This document shows positions 6,295 through 14,040 of a DNA stretch of 34,592 bases, piece after piece. Made by a program: the position numbers and the translations under genes. The stretch comes from a virus. Lineage: Duplodnaviria > Caudoviricetes. The first letter of the stretch is position 1, and each line of letters starts with the position of its first letter. Where the stretch lies: positions 1 through 34,592 of the IMG/VR virus record IMGVR_UViG_3300030392_000276, one strand, 5' to 3'. The notes under the pieces were generated by a model. That model had not been told where the DNA came from, searched no databases, and saw nothing but the letters and a program-made list of their open reading frames with translations.

Positions 6295-6333
6295 GCTGGT
6301 CTAGCTATATATCTCTTGTATAGCTAGACCAGC
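6295..6333. other. perfect 15-bp inverted repeat (stem-loop)
   Basis: GCTGGTCTAGCTATA (6295-6309) pairs with TATAGCTAGACCAGC (6319-6333); no U-tract follows. Confidence 0.75.
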
Positions 6334-6354
6334 TAACTTCAGAGGTATAAAACT

Positions 6355-6720
6355 ATGTATATATCTAATACATATTCTATGGTGGCTGATATTGGTTGTA
6401 TTGCAATTGAAAACAAAGGACTGAGAATTTTCTTTGAAAATGGGTTTGGTGATGGTATGTTTGACTGTGTTGTTTCGGATAAAGACGATGAAGGTCTTTA
6501 CGAACGGTGTTTCAAAGACAAAGCAAAGTTTGTTGGATCATTTGAGGTTGGTTCAAATAGCGATGCATGGTTACTGGACTATGACTGTGGTGGTAACCGT
6601 GTTCACAAGTTTAGTGATGGCAAATGGTTTGTATACAATGAAGAAGGCACTGTCTACGTAGAATACGTAGATAATCGTATCCCCCCATTTGGGTCTTCTG
6701 AGGGAGATATTAATGTCTGA
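6355..6720 (+). CDS. hypothetical protein (acidic, aromatic-rich)
   Basis: 121-aa ORF with GAGGT RBS. Confidence 0.7.
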   Translation: MYISNTYSMVADIGCIAIENKGLRIFFENGFGDGMFDCVVSDKDDEGLYERCFKDKAKFVGSFEVGSNSDAWLLDYDCGGNRVHKFSDGKWFVYNEEGTVYVEYVDNRIPPFGSSEGDINV

Positions 6721-6910
6721 ATCATGTGGGTACGAACAACAGCAAGCAATCTTTGATCGTGTTCATGAACTAATGTCAAAGGGCAAGGCATCCGGTGCCA
6801 AGGCATGGTCAATGAACAAGATTGTGGATATAATAAATAAGGAATTTGGTCCTACAAGCTCAGTGATGGCCCGCCTGTATATCGTAGAAAATTATCAGAT
6901 GTTGAGATGA
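6713..6910 (+). CDS. hypothetical protein
   Basis: GGGAG RBS before ATG 6713; 65 aa. Confidence 0.6.
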   Translation: MSESCGYEQQQAIFDRVHELMSKGKASGAKAWSMNKIVDIINKEFGPTSSVMARLYIVENYQMLR

Positions 6911-6990
6911 AATATTTCTTACATGACTTCTTGTTAGGCTTTTGCTGGGCTTTGGTGGCAGTACTTTTGACTGTCTTAATTTTTACATAG
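6907..6990 (+). CDS. 27-aa single-TM peptide (MKYFLHDFLLGFCWALVAVLLTVLIFT)
   Basis: ATGA overlap with previous stop; fills the gap up to the next RBS. Confidence 0.45.
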   Translation: MKYFLHDFLLGFCWALVAVLLTVLIFT

Positions 6991-7001
6991 AGGAGATACG
7001 C

Positions 7002-7214
7002 ATGGTAAAGGCAGCTTCTGAACCAGAAGATAGTGTGGTGGTTCCCTACGCTGAGTTCAGAGACAAAAAGATAGACCAATATGTACTTCTTTGGAAGTAC
7101 GGAAAACATTCTGATGAACAATTTCACACAAACATGTGTCGTATGGGGTACGAGGAAGAAGATGTAGAAAAATGTATAAAAGAATACAATAACATGCCCT
7201 ATGAAGAAGAATGA
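7002..7214 (+). CDS. hypothetical protein
   Basis: GAGGAG RBS before ATG 7002; 70 aa. Confidence 0.65.
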   Translation: MVKAASEPEDSVVVPYAEFRDKKIDQYVLLWKYGKHSDEQFHTNMCRMGYEEEDVEKCIKEYNNMPYEEE

Positions 7215-7218
7215 GCAC

Positions 7219-7246
7219 TTGACATTTCTGTGGCTATCTGTATAAT
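7219..7246 (+). promoter_or_regulatory. sigma70-like promoter
   Basis: TTGACA-16 nt-TATAAT, intergenic. Confidence 0.75.
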
Positions 7247-7321
7247 GTGTTCTAACACAGCAACGCTACATATAGTATATATAAATACATAGTATATGTA
7301 ACAACATAAGGAGACATTGAG

Positions 7322-7465
7322 GTGAATACCAAAAATACTGTATCTGTGGTGGATGAGTTGGCTAAAAGACAAGAAGAAAAGTTTCTTAGGCGCAAAAATT
7401 CTAAGAAGCAAACCCAACTCCGTAAACAGCAGCGGAAAAGGAAGAAGGAGAAATACTATGCTTGA
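7322..7465 (+). CDS. 47-aa highly basic peptide (MNTKNTVSVVDELAKRQEEKFLRRKNSKKQTQLRKQQRKRKKEKYYA)
   Basis: Hand-translated; AAGGAG RBS upstream; overlaps start of the hydrolase. Confidence 0.5.
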   Translation: MNTKNTVSVVDELAKRQEEKFLRRKNSKKQTQLRKQQRKRKKEKYYA

Positions 7466-8009
7466 TGTGTCGTGGTCAGCATTGACTTTGCTAACACAAG
7501 TACTGACGGGAATTGTTCTGTATAATCCGGTAAATAGTGGAGCTTCGGATGGTATGTATGAAGAACTATACTGTTTATCTCTTAATGCCTATTGGGAAGC
7601 CAGAGGAGAGGGGCTGGACGAGAAATTGGCAGTGTCTCAAGTGGTGATGAACCGCCTTGAAAGCGATGATTATCCCAACATGATCTGTGATGTGATTACG
7701 GAAGGACCAATACGGGAATCATGGACAACTCGTCAGAACGTCGATCTTGCACAAGAGGATCGTATTTATTATCCAGTAAAAAACAAATGCCAATTTTCAT
7801 GGTATTGTGACGGGCGTTCCGATGAGGTACGAAATCTGCACGGGTGGGAGGACAGTGTTATTGCTGCGCTTCTTGCGTACATAGAATACGGAGCAAATCG
7901 TGTTGATGGAGCTACACACTATTACGCTCATGAGAAAATTTCCAAACCCTCGTGGGCAGAAAACATGACGGTAACAATGGTTTTGGAGGGCCATACCTAT
8001 CTCCGGTAA
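7458..8009 (+). CDS. cell wall hydrolase, SleB/Hydrolase_2 family
   Basis: CLSLNAYWEARGE, VVMNR, YP..ICDVI, CQFSWYCDG, GATHYYA, PSWA; AAGGAG RBS before ATG 7458; N-terminal hydrophobic segment. Confidence 0.88.
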   Translation: MLDVSWSALTLLTQVLTGIVLYNPVNSGASDGMYEELYCLSLNAYWEARGEGLDEKLAVSQVVMNRLESDDYPNMICDVITEGPIRESWTTRQNVDLAQEDRIYYPVKNKCQFSWYCDGRSDEVRNLHGWEDSVIAALLAYIEYGANRVDGATHYYAHEKISKPSWAENMTVTMVLEGHTYLR

Positions 8010-8120
8010 AAAAGATAGACCACCGCTGCTGGTATGGGCCATATCTATTTTGGTAGGGGGGTATATCGCTTACACCGTAGTGTTAGCTATTGCTAATACA
8101 ATTTGTGACTGTATTTAGTG

Positions 8121-8149
8121 TTGACAGTATAGAAAAAATATAGTATGAT
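8121..8149 (+). promoter_or_regulatory. sigma70-like promoter
   Basis: TTGACA-17 nt-TATGAT upstream of the DUF932 gene. Confidence 0.8.
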
Positions 8150-8183
8150 TATAGCTACTTAACATTAAATGAAGGAGAATACA

Positions 8184-9068
8184 ATGTTACAGGCATTAGA
8201 GCTACCCGAAGCGTTGCGGTTCGTTCCTAGAAAGGAACCGATTGAACATAACGGACAGAACTTACCTGCTTCAGTAGGTCAAAAGATTGTTCGTGGTGAC
8301 ACCAATGAAGTGGTGGGTATCGTGAAGAGCCGCCATACTCCTACAGACTACATGACTCTATGGGGGCCATTGGTCGAGGGGCTGGAAGAATCTGGTCTTG
8401 ATTTAAGTGGAGTAGAGTGCAAATTTACTAGTATGAATAACGGCGCTCGTATGTTTGCTGACATCACACTGAAGTCATATAATTATGATCGCATTGTGGG
8501 TGAAGCAACTGCTCTTCAAATGCGAGTACGCAATAGCGTGGATGGGTCTTTGAAGTATGACGTGTCTGCCTTTATCAAACGGCTATGGTGCTCCAATGGT
8601 TGCGCTAGAATAGCAGAGAATACCTCTGTTAAATTCAAGCACACAATCAGCACAGAGCCAGAGAAGATTGGGCAGGTAGCTGCAACGTGGCCTATGGTTT
8701 TAGAGGATGACGCACACCTCTTTAATCACATGCGGACAGTACCAATCGAGCGAGACACAGTGCAGAACTTTATGACCACAAACCTGTGTCTAACTAAGAC
8801 TAAGACAAAGGTCAAGGTAAACGAAAAGTGGTTGGGCCGTATGATGGGGCTGTGGGATACCTACAGCACTCAAATTGGTGAGAATGGGTATGCGTTTTAT
8901 AATGCATTAACTCATTATGGGACTCACGTTGACCGAGACAGCCTACGGGGGGCTGAAGTCGGTAACCGTGCGTTGCGGCAAGAGCAGGATGTCCAGACCT
9001 TGGTGCGGGGTCCGGCATTTAAGAAGCTCATCAATTACGATGACTTTGAGCAGCGTCTAGCTGCGTAA
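8184..9068 (+). CDS. DUF932-family protein
   Basis: VGIV...NGARMF...NSVDGS...RLWCSNG...KHT...YNALTHYGTH; AAGGAG RBS before ATG 8184. Confidence 0.8.
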   Translation: MLQALELPEALRFVPRKEPIEHNGQNLPASVGQKIVRGDTNEVVGIVKSRHTPTDYMTLWGPLVEGLEESGLDLSGVECKFTSMNNGARMFADITLKSYNYDRIVGEATALQMRVRNSVDGSLKYDVSAFIKRLWCSNGCARIAENTSVKFKHTISTEPEKIGQVAATWPMVLEDDAHLFNHMRTVPIERDTVQNFMTTNLCLTKTKTKVKVNEKWLGRMMGLWDTYSTQIGENGYAFYNALTHYGTHVDRDSLRGAEVGNRALRQEQDVQTLVRGPAFKKLINYDDFEQRLAA

Positions 9069-9081
9069 GCTATTGTCGTAC

Positions 9082-9132
9082 AATGGCAGGTGCGTAGGTT
9101 GTTCTCCCCTATGCACCTGCCATTACTATTTT
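9082..9132 (+). terminator. long hairpin, probable intrinsic terminator or processing site
   Basis: AATGGCAGGTGCGTAGG pairs with CCTATGCACCTGCCATT, followed by ACTATTTT. Confidence 0.6.
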
Positions 9133-9145
9133 AGAGAGGTAAGGT

Positions 9146-9289
9146 ATGAACACTAACGACTTTAATTTACTGTCTGTATTAAAATTAGAAAAAGATAGAT
9201 TAGAAATTTGCGAGAATAATAAAGAGGATGTAAATTACAAAATTGTAATGAAATGGATAGACGATAGAATTAAACAATTAAAATTATGA
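9146..9289 (+). CDS. 47-aa hypothetical protein
   Basis: GAGGT RBS; ATGA overlap with thyX. Confidence 0.55.
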   Translation: MNTNDFNLLSVLKLEKDRLEICENNKEDVNYKIVMKWIDDRIKQLKL

Positions 9290-9981
9290 TTGGAATGGTA
9301 TATGTCAGGCTGTTGCAGATGAAAAACAATGAATATATTAAGCCGTCCAACTCTAGAACAGAGTGTGTTCTGTTAGATCACATGGGAAGTGATTTGACAG
9401 TGGTCAATGCAGCTAGAGTTTCATTTAATAAAAAACATAAGAAGTTTGAAGAACAACAAGATGAAAATTTAATAAAATATCTAGCGAGACATAATCATTG
9501 GAGTCCCTTTGGTCATGCATCAATGCAATTCTACATTAAGGCACCAGTGTTTGTCGCAAGACAATTAGTAAAACACCAAGTGGGGTTGGTATGGAATGAG
9601 GTATCTAGAAGATACGTAGATACTGAAGTTGAATTTTATGAGCCTACAGAATGGAGACTTGCTGCAGACAATAAGAAACAAGGTTCATCAGAAAAAACTA
9701 TAGAGTATGATATAAATCCAGTACACAAGTTTGCAAAAGTATGCTATGAGAAAATGTTAAGCGTGGGCATTGCACCAGAGATGGCAAGGATGGTGTTACC
9801 TCAGTCAATGTATACTGAATGGTACTGGTCTGGTACACTGTATGCATTTGCTCGTGTATGCAATCTACGTCTAGCAAAGACCGCCCAAAGAGAAACACAA
9901 AAAGTGGCGGCACAAATTAGCAAACATGCACAAAAACAATTTCCTATTAGTTGGAAATACTTAATGGAGGGGGTACAGTAG
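9286..9981 (+). CDS. thyX: flavin-dependent thymidylate synthase
   Basis: VNAARVSF, HWSPF, ARQLVKH, WNEVSRRY, APEMARMVLPQS, LR...AQ.E motifs. Confidence 0.95.
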   Translation: MIGMVYVRLLQMKNNEYIKPSNSRTECVLLDHMGSDLTVVNAARVSFNKKHKKFEEQQDENLIKYLARHNHWSPFGHASMQFYIKAPVFVARQLVKHQVGLVWNEVSRRYVDTEVEFYEPTEWRLAADNKKQGSSEKTIEYDINPVHKFAKVCYEKMLSVGIAPEMARMVLPQSMYTEWYWSGTLYAFARVCNLRLAKTAQRETQKVAAQISKHAQKQFPISWKYLMEGVQ

Positions 9982-10017
9982 GACATTACTAAATTAGAAA
10001 TAGACGTAATACTTCAA

Positions 10018-10194
10018 GTGAAGATTATAAATTTATTAAAATCTAATAGGGGAAGAATGGATGAAAGGGAAGTATGTAAACAATTAAACATTTCTCGGAA
10101 TAAGATTCCATGGGGGTATAACATTGGATGGGCAAGGCTATACCAGTTAAGCGGACATTTTGATTTGGTGTTGTCTGGACTTAGATCAATTTAA
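10018..10194 (+). CDS. small putative HTH protein (start uncertain)
   Basis: Open frame 9982-10194 in frame with thyX; IINLLKSNRGRMDEREVCKQLNISRNKI resembles an HTH. Confidence 0.4.
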   Translation: MKIINLLKSNRGRMDEREVCKQLNISRNKIPWGYNIGWARLYQLSGHFDLVLSGLRSI

Positions 10195-10204
10195 TAGATG
10201 GGGT

Positions 10205-10660
10205 ATGATTATGCTTAGAGATATATTAACCCTTCCTGATTTTTTAAAACGCAAAAAGAAAAGAGGTAGACCTCGTAAAGTTGTAGTCAACACTACAGAT
10301 AACAAAAGTATTATTAGTAAACACGAAGAATGGGGCAAGATTAAACAACAAAAATATGGATTTCCTTATGCGGTAATGTTTAAGGACGAAGCCCCTCGAC
10401 TGGGAAGTGGGCTGAGAATGGTGTACGTTAAGGAAGCAAGAAAGTGGGTACACTTGACCGGCCATTCTGGTGATCCAAGCGATGTGTCAGGACGAACACG
10501 AGTGCGTATGCGTATGATGAAATGGAATGAGTTAAAATCTACAAATGAACAATATTTCAAAAGGAATAACCCCGATGAAGCTGCAAAACGCCTCAGTAGA
10601 AGACGTTATAGAAAGATATACACAAACCCCAGAGTTCAAAACCAAGATACGAGCAGATAA
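10205..10660 (+). CDS. basic hypothetical protein with AT-hook-like KRGRPRK
   Basis: ORF overlapping the integrase 5' end. Confidence 0.65.
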   Translation: MIMLRDILTLPDFLKRKKKRGRPRKVVVNTTDNKSIISKHEEWGKIKQQKYGFPYAVMFKDEAPRLGSGLRMVYVKEARKWVHLTGHSGDPSDVSGRTRVRMRMMKWNELKSTNEQYFKRNNPDEAAKRLSRRRYRKIYTNPRVQNQDTSR

Positions 10661-11498
10661 AACTCGTGATCAATATACATATCAATTACGAAGGCTGTGT
10701 GACTTACAACTAGATGAAGTTCCTGTCAAGAATATTGAAATAGGAGATTTAACTGTAGCCAAATGCCAGCATATTTACTGGCAGATGGTTGAGAGTGTAG
10801 AAAGTGGAAAGGGTATTCGCTTTGCTAATTATACATTGCAGATTGTCACTCGTGTCTGGAATGTGCTAATAAAATATGACATGCTTGACAAAAACCCGTG
10901 GTGTTTCATAGAAAGAAGCAAGCCAGCACCTCGAAACACGGTGTGGAGGACAGAAGATTTTACTACCTTTCTTAGGGTTGCTTTTGACGAGCCTAAGTGG
11001 CGGAATGTAGGTCTTCTTGTACGCATTAATGTAGAATTAGGACAGCGTATTGAAGACATACGGCTGTCGGAGTGGCACAACTACGATTTAATTGAAAAGT
11101 TATATACTAGAGAAGTAATACTTAAAACTAATGAGCGCATAGCAGGAATACCTCTATCGGATACTCTGGTTAAGATGCTAGAGGAACAAAAAGAGGTCTA
11201 TGATTTTCAGCGATGGGTGGTGCCTAACCCCTTGACACTGGAACCGTATAGCGAGCATAATATATCTAGAACTTTTAGGAAAATTATGGTGGTGGCGGGG
11301 CTGCCTTCTCGCCTACAACTGCGAGACATACGCAGAACAGTGCTCACTGACCTCGCTAACTGTGGGGCGACTGATACAGAGATTATGGCTTATAGTGGAC
11401 ATAAAAGCAGAGAAAGTCTTATGCCCTACGTATGCATCAGCACAACTCAAGCTAGAAACGCTGCGAATAAGAGAAATTTTAACTTGGAAGGAGAATAA
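10575..11498 (+). CDS. int: tyrosine recombinase / phage integrase
   Basis: GQRIEDIR (catalytic R), RDIRRT (H/RxxR box), SGH and MPY (catalytic Tyr). Confidence 0.88.
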   Translation: MKLQNASVEDVIERYTQTPEFKTKIRADKTRDQYTYQLRRLCDLQLDEVPVKNIEIGDLTVAKCQHIYWQMVESVESGKGIRFANYTLQIVTRVWNVLIKYDMLDKNPWCFIERSKPAPRNTVWRTEDFTTFLRVAFDEPKWRNVGLLVRINVELGQRIEDIRLSEWHNYDLIEKLYTREVILKTNERIAGIPLSDTLVKMLEEQKEVYDFQRWVVPNPLTLEPYSEHNISRTFRKIMVVAGLPSRLQLRDIRRTVLTDLANCGATDTEIMAYSGHKSRESLMPYVCISTTQARNAANKRNFNLEGE

Positions 11499-11503
11499 AA
11501 TAG

Positions 11504-11752
11504 ATGATTGAATTATCTACATACGAGGTAACATTGAGGTACGCTTGTTCAGAGCCGCATTCAGTAATAAAACTTTCTCTACCTAACAATCAAGTCCTTT
11601 CCATTGCTCAAAATACTGACGAGCAGTACCAAGTGCGTGTGCAAGGCAACAGTGAGCAGGGTACAGTAGAAGCATGGGATGGTAAGGATCAAATTGGATA
11701 CCTAGATGGTGTAGCACTTGCTAATTACATTTTAAAAATGGCAAAAGAATGA
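11504..11752 (+). CDS. hypothetical protein
   Basis: 82-aa ORF with AAGGAG RBS. Confidence 0.7.
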   Translation: MIELSTYEVTLRYACSEPHSVIKLSLPNNQVLSIAQNTDEQYQVRVQGNSEQGTVEAWDGKDQIGYLDGVALANYILKMAKE

Positions 11753-12003
11753 AAAGAGAAAAAATTACTCCAGATCATGGCCCTTCATGGTATTTAAAAT
11801 GGATCGCTACAGCAATAATTTTGATTGGAGCTTCATTTAATTCATTAGAAATAACTCCCATTAATTTGTATTTCATGTTGCTTGGTACTCTGTTGTGGTT
11901 TATAGTAGGAATGTTGTGGTTTGATCGTGCGATCATTACTTTGAATGCAGTTATATTTGCTATTTACTTTGTGGGACTAGTCTTTTATTACTCATATAGA
12001 TAG
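11749..12003 (+). CDS. small membrane protein with three TM segments
   Basis: WYLKWIAT...P.NLY...LWFIVGMLWFDRAIITLN. Confidence 0.75.
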   Translation: MKREKITPDHGPSWYLKWIATAIILIGASFNSLEITPINLYFMLLGTLLWFIVGMLWFDRAIITLNAVIFAIYFVGLVFYYSYR

Positions 12004-12011
12004 GTAAGATC

Positions 12012-12815
12012 ATGAGACTTTCAAATTACGTAGATTCGTTGGATTTACAGATGGATGAAAGTTATAGGGGAGATTGTCCTTTTTGTGATGGAAAAAATAC
12101 ATTTACTGCATTAAAAACAGGTAATAAAATTCTTTATAATTGTTATAAAGCAACTTGTGATGTACGTGGTAATGATTTATATACTTTTACTGTTAAGGAT
12201 GCCATTAAAAACAAAACCATTACTTACAAAAAACAAGAAATTTTTATAGTCCCAGATCATATTGTTCCGAATAGGAAACAAGTTTCTGAGTGGGCAAGTA
12301 CTTATGGATTAGTAGCCAATGATATAGGACTACTTTATGATGTCAAAGAACATCGGGTAGTCTTTCCTGTAGTACATGGTAGTATTACTGTAGATGCAAC
12401 TGGACGGGCTTTACGTAAGAAACATATTCCTAAGTGGAAAAGATACGGAAGCAGTGGTCATGCTTATACGCAAGGCAAGGGAAACATTGCAGTTGTGGTG
12501 GAAGACTGTATCTCTGCTGCAGTAGTTCCTACAATTCATAATAGTTGTACTGGTGTGTCCTTAATGGGAACGGCCCTGTTGTCTACTCATATTTTGGAAT
12601 TACAAAAATATAACAAAATAATTGTTGCTCTTGATCCCGATGCAGTGCAAAAGACTTTTGTATTTACTAGACAGTTGCGGGGATTGTTTCCCCATATTAG
12701 AATTTATGCTTTTAAGTTAGAAGATGACTTGAAATATAGAAAGGAAAATGATATAGTGGGTTTGCGAGAATACGTGATGGATGACTCGTTTATCAGGAGA
12801 ATAAAATGGAATTAG
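12012..12815 (+). CDS. DNA primase (Zn-binding domain plus TOPRIM)
   Basis: CPFC...CYKATC zinc motif, PKWKRYG, VVVED, ALDPDA. Confidence 0.9.
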   Translation: MRLSNYVDSLDLQMDESYRGDCPFCDGKNTFTALKTGNKILYNCYKATCDVRGNDLYTFTVKDAIKNKTITYKKQEIFIVPDHIVPNRKQVSEWASTYGLVANDIGLLYDVKEHRVVFPVVHGSITVDATGRALRKKHIPKWKRYGSSGHAYTQGKGNIAVVVEDCISAAVVPTIHNSCTGVSLMGTALLSTHILELQKYNKIIVALDPDAVQKTFVFTRQLRGLFPHIRIYAFKLEDDLKYRKENDIVGLREYVMDDSFIRRIKWN

Positions 12816-14032
12816 CCCTACTAAAAACATTAGTAGATAGAAACTTTTACAAAAACAATAGAAATTTAACAAAAGAGAAAATCTTTAGAAGTAAAGAAAC
12901 AAGGGCAATTAAAAATTGCCTAGATCAAGCGATGCTGGACTACGAAAATGAACTTAGTATGTCTGATATAGAGGCGCTGTTCTTTTCACAAAATTCTACC
13001 CTCACTACGGCACAAAAGGAGACGTATCAAGAGGTCTTTAGGAAAATGGATAAAGTTGTGTCCTTGAATGAAGATGTAGCTCAAAATGTGTTACGTGAAT
13101 TGAACAGAGAGGACGCTGCCAATGAACTTATGGACTTGGCGTTCAAGATGACTAACGGAGAGGTTACTTCATTACATAAAATTGTAGAATTTGTAAATCG
13201 TCGTGAAGAAGATTTTATGCCAGCATTAAAAGTGTATTTTGAAAATATGGATATTGATTCTCTATTGAAAAAGAATGATCTAAAATTTAGGTGGCGGTTC
13301 AATATACCTTCGGTAGCTGCGTTAGTTCCGGGGGTTAACAAAGGACAAATAATTGTGGGTGCAGCAAGACCTAATACAGGTAAAACTAGCAGTCATGCCT
13401 ACCTCTGTGCTGGACCTGACGGATTTGCTCATCAAGGAGCTAAAATTATGGTTCTGGCTAATGAAGAGGATACTAGTAGAGTTTCAGCAAGATATCTAAC
13501 TGCTGCTTGCGGCATGAAGATTGAAGACATTGTAAAGAATAGGAAAAAGGCAGAAAAACTATTCAACCCTATAAAGGATAGGCTAAAAGTTACTGACGCG
13601 ACGGGGTGGGACTTAGATCGTGTTGAACGGGCCGTTAAGGCTTATGAGCCTGACATTGTGGTGGCAGATATGGCTGATAAATTCCAACCAGAAGGAAAGT
13701 TTGTGGCCCATCATGAGCAATTAAAAGCCACCTATATAAGGTTTAGAATTATAGCTAAACAATATAATTGTGTGTTGTTTGCAATGTCTCAACTGTCTGC
13801 AGAGGCAGAGGGAAAGGTGTTTGTAAATATGAGTATGCTGGAGGGTAGTAGGACGGGCAAGGCTAGTGAAGCAGATGTATTATTTTGCATAACTAAAACT
13901 CCAATGGTTGAAGGTCAGCAAGAGGAGGAAAGCCCAGAACGGCATTGGCTAATTCTTAAAAACAAATTAACTGGAAAACATGGTAGAATTATTACAATGT
14001 TAGACCCTGAGACTGCAACATATACTGCATAG
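12806..14032 (+). CDS. DnaB-like replicative helicase
   Basis: Walker A ARPNTGKTS, NEE, IVVAD, SQLS, GSRTGKASEAD, KNKLTG. Confidence 0.92.
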   Translation: MELALLKTLVDRNFYKNNRNLTKEKIFRSKETRAIKNCLDQAMLDYENELSMSDIEALFFSQNSTLTTAQKETYQEVFRKMDKVVSLNEDVAQNVLRELNREDAANELMDLAFKMTNGEVTSLHKIVEFVNRREEDFMPALKVYFENMDIDSLLKKNDLKFRWRFNIPSVAALVPGVNKGQIIVGAARPNTGKTSSHAYLCAGPDGFAHQGAKIMVLANEEDTSRVSARYLTAACGMKIEDIVKNRKKAEKLFNPIKDRLKVTDATGWDLDRVERAVKAYEPDIVVADMADKFQPEGKFVAHHEQLKATYIRFRIIAKQYNCVLFAMSQLSAEAEGKVFVNMSMLEGSRTGKASEADVLFCITKTPMVEGQQEEESPERHWLILKNKLTGKHGRIITMLDPETATYTA

Positions 14033-14040
14033 GAAAAACT

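Noticed and set aside
7353-7457. Longer N-terminus for the cell wall hydrolase from the ORF track
   Set aside because: A strong RBS precedes ATG 7458, and the upstream segment is better explained by the 47-aa ORF in another frame
9979-14032. Genome-wide TAG recoding
   Set aside because: Other TAG stops (e.g. 12003, 14032, 18781) end complete proteins right before the next gene, long genes are not interrupted by TAG, and no suppressor tRNA is present
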